Shown: piece by piece, positions 1-13,869 of the stretch
Layout: each line of letters starts with the position of its first letter
Position numbering within the stretch: position 1 is the first letter of the stretch
Assembly (NCBI GenBank): GCA_043228905.1
Contig: JBHGNT010000001.1
Location: 16,306,001-16,370,000, forward strand
DNA from: Azolla caroliniana
Lineage: Eukaryota; Plantae; Polypodiophyta
Direction: 5' to 3'
DNA: 64,000 bases
Program-made: the position numbers and the translations under genes
The notes under the pieces: model-generated
Databases searched by the model: none
What the model saw: only the letters and a program-made list of their open reading frames with translations
Told to the model about the DNA's origin: nothing

Positions 1-45
1 TTTAGTGTGAGTAACCCAACATTTTCCATTTATTGTTGTTTTTAG

Positions 46-106
46 CATAAATCCACACAACGAAATGGCACAGAAGGGTCTCGAGAGACTAGAAAAACAA
101 ATGAAG
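46..106 (+). CDS. APC7: APC7-like (anaphase-promoting complex subunit 7), penultimate exon; gene begins upstream of window
   Basis: Acceptor ttgtttttAG (44-45), donor GTaatg (107). Encodes INPHNEMAQKGLERLEKQMK, which resembles the plant APC7 C-terminus as I recall it (INPQNEAAKKGLDRLEKQMK). Missed by the ORF track. Confidence 0.85.
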
Positions 107-419
107 GTAATGATTTATCATTAAACACGGTATGATCATCAAGCAAGGCATGATTAGTTTGTTCTTTGTTTGCATGAGACTCTAAAGGGATGTGTGTTTA
201 GTTTCTTGAATAGTTTTTCCTTTATTTGCATGGGAGTCCAATAACGTGTTTGTTTTCTTAAATAGTTTGTTCTTCATTTGCATGAGACTCTGATTAGATT
301 TATGTTCATTCCGTGATTTCTTCCTTAAAAATGTGTTGGACTCTTGGAGGTTTATAAAGGTATATTTTGTCATTTTCTTCTGAATCTGTTTTTTCATATG
401 TTGGGTGGGTCGTTTGTAG

Positions 420-503
420 GGTGTTGATCCTGATGCACTGGAAGATGAGGAAAATGAAGGGGAGGATGTGGATGCCGATCAACAAGAAGATGAATTTCTG
501 TGA
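420..503 (+). CDS. APC7: APC7-like, last coding exon
   Basis: Acceptor ttgtAG (418-419). Joins in phase 0 to give GVDPDALEDEENEGEDVDADQQEDEFL*, matching the acidic GIDPDA... tail of plant APC7. Confidence 0.85.
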   Translation, partial: GVDPDALEDEENEGEDVDADQQEDEFL

Positions 504-2076
504 AACTGATCATATGACAGCTGAATCAAGCCGCTTAAGCCTTTATAGTAAGATGAACCAAAACGAATGTGATGCTATTGGTTTCATGACTGGGATGATA
601 AAATGTCTAACCATGGCATAGTGTATGTACATTCTAACGCCTGGTGATAAGATAAAACGTGCAGCTTCTTAGCATTGAGCTGTCAGGATGGAGAAGCACT
701 CAAGCTTATATATATTCGATGTACATTTCAATTACTTGACAAGTAGATGATGTATAATAGAGACATAGAGATGTAGAGGAATTATTTAGCAAATTCCTAA
801 GATGTTCAATTTACATTCAATAGAAATGTAGTAATTCATGGAGATCAGTAAACAATTCCAACCAAGTCTCCTAACAATAAACGCTGTGGGACAGTCCTGG
901 TAATTTTTGCTCTAATGGACACTTGTTACATCTTCAAGTGGGAGATTGCGACTGGTGTTTTTGTACGTTTTTCATCATCTAATAGAGAAGCATCAAAATT
1001 TTGAATCATGCACTTCTCCGTACAAATAGGTGTGATAGAAGGTTTGTAGGTTTTACAGTTTATTGTGGACCACAATCTAAGAATCATGATTGTTGAATTG
1101 GAAAGAGAAGAACATTAGAGTTGGTATATAATGAAGAAAACTTGTGAGCAACCAAATGCAGCATGTTAGTGGGTCTAGAAAGGGAGATCGTGGAGCTCAA
1201 GTCGTTATTACTATGAATGGTGTGTCAATGAAATGTTTTTGTTAAATGTAGAGTACATTTTTTCATTGCAAGGGTACCTTTTTATATATTAACCATTACA
1301 TTCAATAATTAAATGGTTATATCCAATAATTCAAATATTCTCCCTCTCCCTCTCCCTCTCTTGCTCCCTCTCTTTTCTCTTTTTAAATCATACAATTATA
1401 TTAATTGCATGTAAAACCCATTCTTCACCTTCTTTATTGATGTAGGTAGAGGGGCATCCCTTTAAAGCCATTAAAAAATATGAATATGAATTTGCGGACA
1501 TGATCCCCACATGCCTTGACAACCAAAAATTTTAAGCAAATATACACACATGACCTATCAAGAAAATGCCTTGGTTTTTTTTATAAACACAAGGTTTGGT
1601 CTTGGTATTTATGACATTTATTTCGTTGACTGTTAACAACAGAGAAAAGCAGTTGATGAAATAATGTTATTTGGTAACAAATCTCCTGAGAAAGGTAGTA
1701 AGGATCATGGTGTGGATTTCTTGAGAAAGGTAGTAAGGATCAAGGTGTGGATGATGTTAGTGATGTTTGACCCAGTATCATACAACTATGCTTTTGAAAT
1801 TGCAATAGATGCCCATATAATATGGGATTTGGCATAGAAGAGTTCACAAATGAATTGAATTCAGAATCTAACCATGGGAACATGACACTCAAAATATTCA
1901 AGGTTTATTGAATATTCAACTATAATATACACGCTTTGATATAGGCAAAAAATACAAAAGAACAAAAAGGACAAGAGGGGTGACATGATTGAGTAAGAGG
2001 GAAATAGTTTGTGTCAATCATAAAAAATGATGAACATAAATGCTACATACGGCTCAAAATAGAAACACTAGATGAT

Positions 2077-2551
2077 TAGCAATATGCAACAAACCGGACC
2101 AAACCATGAAACCGTGGCTTAATGGCTTAATGGCTTAACGGTTTTAATAGGTTGGTTTGGGGGTTTAACGGTTAGGTTCGGTTTAGTTTGCGCCTTTATC
2201 AACTTAACAGGTTCCATTTTAAATGGTTTGATGATTTAGGTTTGAAACTTGATTATTTTTTTAAATATTTTTTTGAACAACCTTCTTTTAAGCATAATTC
2301 TGTCATTTTAGGAAAAACCTTTAAAATTTTGAAATTTTGAAATTGGACCTAACTTGAAAACTGAAATTGAACCACGAAACCACGGGTTTAATTCTATAAT
2401 GGTTTGAAAATCTCTAAAACCGTTTGATTTGAGCTTTGATTTTTTGTAACGGTTTGTTTTGAACGATTTCGTGGTTTGATTTAAGTTTTCATATTTTTTA
2501 AATGGTTTGAGTTTGACACTCAAACTGAACCAAACTGTTGAAAAATTGCTA
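2077..2551. mobile_element. hAT-type MITE
   Basis: Imperfect TIR TAGCAATATGCAACA...TGTTGAAAAATTGCTA, many AAACC/GGTTT subterminal repeats, degenerate 8-bp TSD tagatgat/caaatgat (6/8). Confidence 0.7.
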
Positions 2552-2640
2552 CAAATGATATGCACACTTTCTGGTTGGATTCGACAATCCTCATCAAGAT
2601 TTCAATTTTTATGCTGGTTTGGTTAAGGACCAATCTTAGA

Positions 2641-3296
2641 AGATGATATTGCTTACTTCAAAGTCAAGCGGGAAGTTATTATCTCTGGTAACATAGATGC
2701 TCATACAAGAAGTTTGCAACTTGATGCACAACAATTTTCCATGCCACAATATATCTCGCAAGAGGATATACAAATGTATAGTCACTTATCTATTGATGAA
2801 AAAAAGATGATATTGCTTACTTCAAAGTCAAGCGGGAAGTTATTATCTCTGGTAACATAGATGCTCATACAAGAAGTTTGCAACTTGATGCACAACAATT
2901 TTCCATGCCACAATATATCTCGCAAGAGGATATACAAATGTATAGTCACTTATCTATTGATGAAAAAAAGATGATATTGCTTACTTCAAAGTCAAGCGGG
3001 AAGTTATTATCTCTGGTAACATAGATGCTCATACACGAAGTTTGCAACTTGATGCACAACAATTTTCCATGCCACAATATATCTCGCAAGAGGATATACA
3101 AATGTATAGTCACTTATCTATTGATGAAAAAAAGATGATATTGCTTACTTCAAAGTCAAGCGGGAAGTTATTATCTCTGGTAACATAGATGCTCATACAA
3201 GAAGTTTGCAACTTGATGCACAACAATTTTCCATGCCACAATATATCTCGCAAGAGGATATACAAATGTATAGTCACTTATCTATTGATGAAAAAG
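2641..3296. repeat. Tandem repeat, 4 x 164 bp
   Basis: Unit start agatgatattgcttacttc at 2641, 2805, 2969, 3133. Copies nearly identical (one A>C seen in unit 3). Confidence 0.97.
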
Positions 3297-4459
3297 ATCT
3301 AGATCAATTTGGGAAGTTACTCCTACAAATTTGTGATAGTACTAGAATTCTTATTACAAATGGTGTATCCTTATGGCCCAACATTAATTGTTTTCGTGTA
3401 GAAAACACAATGGAAATAATGTGATTGATTATGTGCTTAAGGTATTTGGATGACATAAATTTTCACTTGGTAAATGGACATTAGAATTCAATCACAATGC
3501 TCATGTTTTGACCTCAAATGTATCAATAGGTTTGGTTGTGAAAAGGCGATTGAAGTTAATAAACAATTGAGCATGAACCTTATGAGTGTCAATATATCCG
3601 AAGATCGTTGAGGAATGTTACAAAAGACCCCAAGATACAACATGGTGCCACTTTAGAATGTAAATGGGAAGCTTTAGGAAAGTCATTTTCTCATGCACAA
3701 ACAAATTCTTTTCGTGAAGTGTATGCTTTGCAAAGGCATCAAAAAATGTAATTCAAAGAAAAAAATTGTTTGATAAGGAATGTCATGAAGAAAGTGCCTT
3801 ATGACTCTCGATGTAGTCAAGAACAAGGAAAATTATAAGAAATATTTGCATTAGTACAAAAGGCTTATTCAAAGAAAGAGAAGGATATGGGAAATTACTC
3901 AACAATTTCTCTAAACATAAGAAAAAGCACATGCATGTGTTGAAATTATATATTGAGAGTCATGGTGACTTAACTCTTTTTATGGACTTGTCTATGCATT
4001 ATAAGAAATTATATGAGCAATCAATTGCTGGAAAGATGATGTCTTATGGTCTCTTTCACATATGTCTCTTTTCTTTATGATTGAAGATGTATACATAAGG
4101 GTTAAGAAATTGGCCTCAGATATAAAACCTAAGATGCTCAAGTGGACAAGTAAGGAAGCACATAAATGGATAAGTGATATGTTTAATCATGTCATGCCTT
4201 TTAAATGAAATATAAATAAAGGTGGTTATATTGTTGTTTCATAGATTTCAAGAAAAACTTTTGATATGGTACCTCATGAGCATCTTTGGGGGCGCACAGA
4301 AGAACTCAGGGCACCAAGTGAATGTATATGCTTCCAATTGCTCGAACCCATTAGAAGGTTATATGTTCTGTGCGTATGGGCAATGAAATTTTAATTTTTT
4401 TTCAATATCATAACAATTCTTAAGGACTCCCAATCTCACAAACTCTATTTGGTTGATGC

Positions 4460-5006
4460 TAGCAATGGGCATGGTTTTGGCTCAATCCGAACCGAACTGT
4501 TAAGCCATGGCTTAACGGTTTATTGGTTTCAAAAAAATTTAATGGTTTGGTTTGGTTTGGATTTTTAATAAACGGTTCGGTTTGGTTCTAAAACTCGAGT
4601 TTATCGGTGTATAGATTTAAATTGTTTGGTTTAAAGGTTTATTTGTTTGTTAACTTTTTTTTTCACCTTAATATTTTATTAATTGAATGATATATAATTA
4701 ATGGGTTTTTATTGATTTAATAAATTTAACTTAAATGCTTATTTAATTTAATGTAGTTTTGTTTATTTACATTTTTTATTAGTTTGACTTAAATGGTTAG
4801 GTTTAAACTTTTTATTAAATGGTTTAGTTTGGTTTCAACTTTTCCCTAAATGGTTTGGTTTACCTTTTCTTAAATGTTTTGGTTTGAATGGCTTGAGAGT
4901 TTATAAACGTTTGGTTTGGTTTTTGTTTTATGTAAATGGTTTGGTTTGGTTTGGTTTCAAGGCAAAGAAACCAAACCAAACCGAAACCGAACCATGCCCA
5001 TTGCTA
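4460..5006. mobile_element. hAT-type MITE
   Basis: Perfect 17-bp TIR TAGCAATGGGCATGGTT/AACCATGCCCATTGCTA, GGTTT-rich interior, degenerate 8-bp TSD gttgatgc/gtcgatga. Confidence 0.85.
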
Positions 5007-5827
5007 GTCGATGAATTAGAATAAATGATTACCAAGCTTGTTTAGAAAGAATGCATTGAAGAATTTGTCAGTAGGAACGTAGTCCTAATGCTTTTGTTGA
5101 ATGTAGATGATTCGATAGTTTATGCAAACACTTTAGTAGATGCACAAAAGCTTGTGAGTGCATTGGAAGAAATTTGCACACATACAAAGTTGAGTGCCAA
5201 TAGCTCAAACAAATATTGTTTGTGAAGAGCAAAAATAAGGATAAATTACTTGAAATTGTGGAAAACTTCAAAAACCTTGGCCTTGAAGCTCCTTCAAATC
5301 AATATAGATGGAATGAGTGTGTTACCTGCCACTTAGAGACGAGAAAGAGAGCATATTATGTGCTTGAAAACACATGCGACTGTTGAGTCCTCAAGAAATA
5401 TCTTTTTGATACTTTAGTGACACCAATGTTTCTCCAAGGGGTGAAAGTATGAGGTTGTAGGATCCCGAAGACCACTTGGAAGGAGTTTGAAAATTTCCAA
5501 TAACATTCTCTTACAAAGTTTCTCCAAGGCAAGAAACAAGTGCCATATACCCTCTTACTTGTTGAGACGGAATCATTTCTAGTTGAGATCATGGCCATGG
5601 AAAGGGTGTTGTCGAATACATGCTTAGGGTTCAAAAAAGTCCTTCACATGGACTTCCTAGAATTGCATGTAAAGCAAGAAAAAAGATCCAAAAGACACAT
5701 AAAAACAAAATTTGTGTTCCTTTTGGATGTAAGATATGGAAATATGGTTTAGAAGATGGACTCAACAAACTCGCTTCCTAATACATTGCTAGATTCCTTT
5801 GTAAATGAGGCCTTTATGCAATGCCAA

Positions 5828-8800
5828 TGTCGAGATTTCAAGGTCAACTTAATTTAGTAATTTAGTTAACCACGTAACTTAGTAGTTACCAAGATAGAAT
5901 CTAGTTAGTGTGTTGACCTTAAAGCCTTAAATAGGATTTTGTACTTGAGTGGGATACATTGTAGATCCTCCACTCACATGTTCATTTAATATAGGACTTA
6001 CACCTTTGTACCTATATTCTCCTCACACATGTGCACCTTTGCACATGAGATGTATATATACTTCATTGAGGATATCATTGTATTTTGATGATGCTTATTA
6101 ATATAGAGGAAAGGTCTTTAGCTACACTCTTGTTAATCATCCCCCATTTATATTATTGTTCATAAGTGTAACTTCCTCTCTCTCTTCCTCTCACACACAT
6201 ACACACATAAATCACATAATCTTCCGCTGCTTAACTACTCATATAATTAGTCACTAATTAACCCTAGTTAATTACCTAATTATTAACATGGTATCAGAGC
6301 GTGTGGTTTAGCACATCCACTAAGCCCACCTGACTCTTCATGATTGTGTGTTCAAGACACCGACGACAAATCCAACTATCCGCAACCGTAGTGCTACTAC
6401 GTAGCACATGTACATGACCAAGAAGGAAGAAAAGCCAAGAAGGAAGACATTGCATCAATGTGAACACACAAATGGGTAGCTTGCTCCATATGAAAAGCTA
6501 GACCACAACAATTATTCATCTTGGGAGTACAAGTTGAACCAATACCTAGTCGGCCAAGGGTAGTGGAGCTACATCAACAACGCACTCGAAACCAAACCCA
6601 ACATCACAAACACCAACTACCCAACGTGGGAGCAAGGAGCGAGTCGGGTAATGTATTGCTTGGCAACAAGTGTCCACGAACACATGCTTAGCCACATTTG
6701 AGATGCCAAGAGGCCTAAAGAAGCGTGGGCAAACTTAAAGAAACTTTTCACCGCCAACATGACCGCCGCAAAGATTCAACTCCAGCAAGAGTTGAACAAC
6801 ATACAACAAAAAGATATGCTCGTGTCAGACTATACCGCCAAGATCAAGCGCATTTGTGACTCACTAGGCTCCATCAACGAAGATGAGATGGTTCAAGTAT
6901 GCTTGGGTGGCATTGCACATCGGTTCACCCCGATAAGGACAACTATCTTAGTGAGAGAAACCCTCTGTTCTTCGACCTCCAATCAATGTTATTGGTCTAA
7001 GAGAACCACGTCCGAACCAAGACCAAGACATCAGAAGGATAAATGTTCTTCTCGGATTCGGATGGTGGCCGAGCACGAGGTAGAGGCGTTAGAAGAGGTC
7101 GATTCGACCCATCTTACGAAGGGAACGCAAACCTTCAACAACAAGACGGAAGATATTGAGGAACCTTCGGAAGAAGGGGGAGCTCCCATGCCGAACAAGG
7201 TCGAAAAATGTGGCCCATTACTTGCAATTATTGCGGCAAAATTGGCCACCACGAAGATGAGTGTCAGAAGAAGAGAAGTGAGTCGGCTTTGACAAGTCGA
7301 CAACTCACAAATTATGCCACCAACTCCGAATACGACAACTACGATGGAGTATTCGTAATGAGACATAGAGCGAACTCTATGACGACCTCTGACTCTACAA
7401 GCACCTCCAACTTGGACGTGTGGTTCGTCGACTCCGGCACCTCACTGCACCTCACTTCATATGACGTCACACCAAGAGTGGTTTCGTGACTTACGAACGC
7501 CGGATCAACCCGGCCACATAGAGATGGGAGACGACACCACATATCCCATTCGACACATCAACAACGTTCCACTCGGCAATGACGATGAAAAAAATTGCAT
7601 CAAGAATGTCTTGCACATGCCTACAACAACAAAGAATTTGGTCTCGGTCGGCCAAATCGTGGAGCAAGGCATGCAAGTTCATTTCAACAACAAAGGATGC
7701 TTCATAGAAAAAGATGGCTGACTCATAGCTAAGGGATAGAGAGACGAACGAAAGTTCATTCTCGATTCGAACGAGGTGAAATCATCCATGTATGCCAAGC
7801 GTTTCAAAGCCAACACCGACATCGAGTTGTGGCACCAGAGAATCGGCCACATCAACCTCCAACGGCTCCGAGCAATGCAATCAAAGGGAGTCGTCATTGG
7901 ACTTCCGACCTTTGAGTCGAAACGAGTCGACCGAGTGTGCGAACAACATCGACTCCCATTTCCAAAGGAGAGCTATGTAAACAAAGGCCTCCTTGATGTC
8001 ATCCACTCAGATGTATGGGGACTGACTCAAACATCGCCGATAAGAGGATGTTGGTACTACGTCACCTTCATCGATAACTACTTGTGCTACACGTGGATCT
8101 TCTCGATGAAGAAGAAGCACGAAGCACTCTCCCATTTTCAAAAGCTCAAGAGCCAAATCGAAAAAGAAACCAGTTGGCTCATTCGATGCCTACGATTGGA
8201 TGGGGGAAGGGAGTATTTCTCCGAAGAATTCATCTCCTACCTCCAAGATGAAGGCATTCGGAGAGAATTCTCATGCTGACACACACCTCAACAAAATGGA
8301 GCAGCCAAAAGGAAGAATCGGCACATACTCGAGGTAGCACGCGCCATGCCGCATGAGAAGCACATGCCGAATTTCTACTAGGCCAAAGCGGCATCCACAA
8401 CCGTCTATCTCATGAATTAGTGCACCGCTAATGGAGTACATGAGCTAACTCCATATGAGACCTTTGTTGGAAGGAAGCCAATGCTTTCGCACCTCAAAGT
8501 GTTCGGAAGCATTGTGAATGTATGCATCCCGAACGAAAAACGATAGAAGCTCAATGCGAAGTCAGAGTAATGTATCCTCGTAGGATACTCATCTGAGAAA
8601 AATGCATACAAATGCTATAACCCTTTGTCCCGAGCGGTTCGGGTGAGTTGAGACGTAGTCTTCGACGAATCGACATCTTGGTGTAAGCCCGATTTGGCTC
8701 CATCCAAACCGAGCGAGGAAGAGTTGAACGTCAACTCGGAGGAAGATATTTGGCCAAGTCCTTTACCAAAGGAAAATCCATGCTCTACCAAGCTAAGTGG

Positions 8801-9777
8801 CCCACACGAGCCTTCACGTGACCAAAGCTTTGGACAAAGGCAAAGGTAAGATGCCCGAATACGAAGTTGACCACCCCGACGATAGTGATTCAGATGTGTC
8901 GGCTCACTCACTAGACAGTGAGTTTGGTATACCCATTATGCGGACACCCGGGGTACAAAAGGTACTCACATCGGCAAGTGAAAAACTTCGACGCTCGTCG
9001 AGAGAAAAGAACCCCGTTAGTCGGCTCGGTTACAACGAGTACATGGCCCATCATTATGGCCTCACAATGAAGGTAGCGGCTGAACAAGAGCCCGAGAGCT
9101 CTACAGAAGTGGCTCGTGACCCACAACGGATGGAAGCACTCGACCTTCGACCATCTAACACAACAAGCCTTCGTCACAGGCTTGAGGGGGAGGAACTGTG
9201 ACTACCACCACGAAAATGCCGACACTGAAAGCCGAACAAAAGCCGACATCGAAAGCCGGACAACGCCGAAAGGAAGACCGGATGTCGGACGCCTCACACT
9301 TGAGCTTGAGGGGGCGTGTTGAGATATCAAGCTTAACTTAGTTTAGTAATTTAGTTAACCACGTAACTTAGTAGTTACCTAGATAGAATCTAGTTAGTGT
9401 GTTGACCTTAAAACCTTAAATAGGATTTTGTACTTGAGTGGGATACATTGTAGATCCTCCACTCACATGTTCATTTAATATAGGACTTACACCTTTGTAC
9501 CTATATTCTCCTCACACATGTGCACCTTTGCACATGAGATGTATATATACTTCATTGAGGATATCATTGTATTTTGATGATGCTTATTAATATAGAGGAA
9601 AGGTCTTTAGCTACACTCTTGTTAATCATCCCCCATTTATATTATTGTTCATAAGTGTAACTTCCTCTCTCTCTTCCTCTTACACACATACACACACAAA
9701 TCACATAATCTTCCGCTGCTTAACTATTCACATAATTATTCACTAATTAACCCTAGGTAATTGCCTAATTATTAACA
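5828..9777 (+). mobile_element. Ty1/Copia element A, non-autonomous (decayed gag-PR-INT, RT/RNaseH missing)
   Basis: 461-bp TG..CA LTRs 5828-6288 and 9317-9777; PBS TGGTATCAGAGC 6289-6300 (tRNA-iMet type); PPT ttgagggggcg; TSD gccaa/accaa; zinc knuckle CNYCGKIGHHEDEC, WFVDSG protease, HSDVWG integrase. Confidence 0.95.
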
Positions 9778-10258
9778 ACCAACATATCATAACATGGGAA
9801 AAATGTGGAAGATCATGCTTCACATATTATATCACATATATTACACCACACAATGATACATGTTAGAGCTCATCTTGTTGTTAGCAATCAAAACCATTGC
9901 TTCCATGCGACTTAGCTCACACACACTACAAAGTGAAACTACATTAAGTGATGAGACTATTGAACTATGCAAACTTTCTCCTAAACAAGTTCAAGTGTCT
10001 AAATATAACAATTGGATACAATTCATTGCATTTGATCACATTCGATTATGTTTTCCACACATCTTCAACCAAACCCAATCCTTGCATGAATTTCTCTTAG
10101 AGTCATAATGTGCATTGTCGATGGTGACATTCATTAGTAGAGTTCTTGAATGTCGACTCACTTTCACATGTATTAAATGACCTCTAAAGTTGATAATAAA
10201 ATCTTTGTTTCTGTGTGTGTATCAAAGGATAAATGAGATATTGTTGACAATTTTTTTA

Positions 10259-10388
10259 GTGATGTGTGTGAACACACTTAGGACAGTGATGTGTGTGAAC
10301 ACAGTTAGGACAGTGATGTGTGAACACACTTAGGACACTGATATATGAACACACTTAGGACTGTGATGTGTGCGAACACACTTAAGAC
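10259..10388. repeat. ~27-bp tandem repeat (about 5 copies) in LTR of B
   Basis: Repeated gtgatgtgtgtgaacacacttaggaca units. Confidence 0.9.
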
Positions 10389-13300
10389 CATAGGGGCATT
10401 TTTTCCCTCTTTAGGAGGTTTTTTCCCCTTGTCTATAAATACTCTCATAACCCTAAAGTGGAAAAGTTTTTGTGATTCAAAACAAGAACCCAACAATGGT
10501 ATCAGAGCAACTAAGCGACGTTTGAGTAGCACCACAACGAGTGGACAAGAATGCAATGAGCAGACATCAAGGCAACGACTCCCATATGCAGTTCGTTTGC
10601 ACCATTTGTGGTGGCATTTTTCTCTTGCTGCAAAACAATTTTTTGCGTGTTTTCTTCCTCTGCGCAGTTTCAGTTGTGTTTTTTTTTCTACTTTCATGTT
10701 GTTTCAATCCTACTAAAAGCCTCCTTGAGTCTTCTACGACATTCCAACAACCCTCTTCTGTGTGGTTGCTACATAGAAATCAGGTTTGCTTCCTTTTCTC
10801 TTCGCTGGTTCATCTTCCAAGTCAAAGAGGTACGTTATTCCCTTTTATTCATTCATCTGTCCATTGTTTGAATCAAAACGTGTTCAGTCAATGGCCATCG
10901 CTGAGAGCAATGATGTATTCCGGATGCTTGCTGTTGAGAATAAATTGGATGGAACAAATTACCCTCTTTGGGCTTATATGATGCACCATGTATTAGTAGC
11001 AAAAGGGTTGTGGAATGTGGTTCAAGGGGTTGAAAAACGTCTTGTTGTTGAGAACACCAACGTTGATGGTATTGATTCTATCGAGGATGTTGATCATCCT
11101 ACTCATGCTCATGTTGTAGTTTTTGTTGTACCAAATGCAGAGCAACTTCGTTGGCATGGCAGAGATGCTCATGCACAAGCTTTGATAGCTTTGTATGTGA
11201 AATGTGCCATTATTCCCCATATTCACTCTTACAAGACAACGAAGGATGCTTGAGATACTCTTACCACTTTGTACCAAGCAAGAAATGAGGCTCGTGTTGC
11301 TTATCTCCGAAAATAGTTGGAGAGTGAGCATATGAACAAAGGTGATTCTATGGACAACTTTCTTATGAAAATCAAAGATTTATGGGAACAATTAATTTCT
11401 GTTGATTAAATGATACCAGATAGTTCAGTTGTGCAAACCGTTCTAAATGGTATTCCTAATTCATATAAGAGTTTTGCTTCTACTCTTCGTTTAATGATGA
11501 AAGGTAACTCCAATGCCTTATCGTTCAAGGAGTTGCAGAACAAGTCATTTATGAGTGTTGCAGATCAAGCTTTCCTAGCTAGTCAAAAGGGCAAATGGAA
11601 ATGGAACTCATCTGCTAGCAAGCAAAGATTTGCTAATACTTCACAAGTTGTTGGCATAAAAGGCTGACTACTTCTAAATTGTATCTGTTTGAGTGTGAAC
11701 TCGTTAATAAGTTCTAGGGCTTAGTATATAAGAGAATACCTAACATTGCAATGAGTAATGAAGAGAAGAGTATTGTATCTCTGAGAGAGAACGAAATAAT
11801 AAGAAGCTTTCCATTAAAGCTCGATCTACTGTCTAAGTCTCGATTCACTATATTTTCTGTGTGTGTTGTTTTCTGTGCATAAGCGAACAAGTTCACAAAC
11901 GTTTTCCGCATACATATACATATATATACATACATCAACAAATAGTATCAGAGCGACCTTGCTACACGATGGCAACAGACAACAGAAGAAGCTGAGAGGA
12001 AAAGGCCAGGTTAGAAATCTTACTTTCATAAAAGGAATATGGCTTCAACATCCAGAAGAAGAGTTGAAATCAGAAAGTTCGACGACAAAAATTTTGCCCT
12101 ATGGAAGGAGATGATGCAGGATGTGCTGATCATCCAAAGACAGGTTGAAGTCATTCGGCACAACGAAAAACTTTCTTTGATGACAACAGAAGAGTGGAGA
12201 TCAGTGGACGAAATAGCACGATCCACCATCTGAATGCACCTAGCCAAAAAATGTCTACTTCAGCATGGCGAAAGAGACGACAACGTTCTCATTGTGGGAG
12301 AAGCAGCAAGCCGTTTATGAAAAGAAGTCCTCAACTTTGAAACTGATCTTGATCAAACAACTGTTCAACATGAAGATGAGAGAGACCGATCTGGCAACCT
12401 CCCACATCAACACCTTCAACCGGGTGTTGTTTGAGCTCTCGTCACAAGGGATGAACTTCGAAGAAGAAGTGAAAGCCCTTGCCCTCCTGTCGAGCTTGCC
12501 GGCGAGTTGGGAGGTATTCTGCACAACATACGCCAATAGTTGACCGATCCTAAACTTGGACGAAACAATTGGCCAAGTCCTCACAGAGGACATTAGGCGA
12601 AAATTGATGGGACTAACCATCGATGAGTCGACAAAAGCCTATCACTCGACCGAGTCGTTTGACCGACAGAGTCGAACGAAAGAACAAGACGACATAACCG
12701 GTCGACGCTACAACCTATCGAAAACAAGGAGTGAACGACATCGGTCGAAGTTGAAAACAGGTCGAACAAGTGAGTACTGCACACACTGCAGGAAAGCTGG
12801 CCACAATGTTTCGGATTGCTGGTCAATAAAAAGAAAAGAGAGTGGTCGGAGATCCGAGCGGAATCGGGGACGTTCTGACTCAAACCACTCTCCAATCGGC
12901 AACCAGATCAATGTTGCCGACACCCGATCTAGAGAAATTCTCTCTTTAGAGGACTCAATGATCGGAGAAGTCCTCTACATTGCACAAGTTGCACACACGT
13001 GGCTACTAGACTCTGGCGCCACATTTCACGTGACCCCCAACATTGAATGGTTCTCGAACTATTCAGTCGATGCCAGCGGCACAGTCCGATTGGGAAATGG
13101 GCAGGAGTGCAAGATAGTCGGAACCGGGGAGGTTCCCATGAGATTGCCAAATGGCAACACAATAACCCTGCACCGAGTTCGGCACGTACCCGATCTAATG
13201 AGGAGTTTGGTCTCCATCGACATGTTAGCCGAAGACGGGTATTGAATGACTCTACATGAGTCGACATGGGTGATCAGCCGAGGAAACATCAAAATCGGTA

Positions 13301-13769
13301 GTGGGCATAAGAATAATAATCTATACCCATTGATGGAGATCAACCTTGAAGGGGTCGTGAATGTAGCCGAGAAAACCGACCCAAACCTATGGCATGGCCG
13401 ACTTGGCCACATGTCTCAAGCCGGATTTGATCGGCTGATGTCGGTTGGCTACATCCCGAAACTCCAAGCAAAGACGGACTTCTGCAAGCATTGTCGATAT
13501 GGGAAACAAACCCGAAGTCCACACTCTCTCCACTACGAGACGATATGACAACCCCTAGAGCTCGTGCACACAGACATATGTGGGCCCATGCCAGAGCCAT
13601 CACTAGGAGGCTCTCGGTACTTCATCACATTCGTAGATGACTGTACACAGAAAGTTTGGGCATACTCCATCAAGTCCAAAGACGAAGCTGTTACCGGCCG
13701 GCAAGGAGTCCAAAATACGGAGTGAAGGAATTAATTATATATGGTTGTAAATGAGGATAGTGTGGACGA

Positions 13770-13869
13770 NNNNNNNNNNNNNNNNNNNNNNNNNNNNNNN
13801 NNNNNNNNNNNNNNNNNNNNNNNNNNNNNNNNNNNNNNNNNNNNNNNNNNNNNNNNNNNNNNNNNNNNN
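13770..13869. other. Assembly gap (100 N, probably a placeholder of unknown size)
   Basis: Run of exactly 100 N. Confidence 0.99.

Larger units (their letters stand above)
1800..10110 (+). mobile_element. Highly degenerate non-LTR retrotransposon (RTE/RTEX-like LINE), interrupted by MITEs and Copia A; boundaries approximate
   Basis: Scattered motifs in order: WEHD (~1875); EVIISGNIDAHT (APE GDFNART-like, ~2672); VIDYVL (3421); CFIDFKK..FDMVPHEHLW (~4236); LMLLLNVDD (YADD-like, ~5085); RLSSHTLQSET (~9908). Many stops and frameshifts. Confidence 0.7.

Noticed and set aside
7-45. Possible 39-nt intron (GTGAGT...TTTAG) of APC7
   Set aside because: Unusually short for a plant intron; the true donor may lie upstream of the window, so it cannot be called.
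2641-3296. CRISPR-like array (also 10259-10388 and 44266-44460)
   Set aside because: Head-to-tail repeats with no unique spacers, no cas genes, and a eukaryotic TE context.
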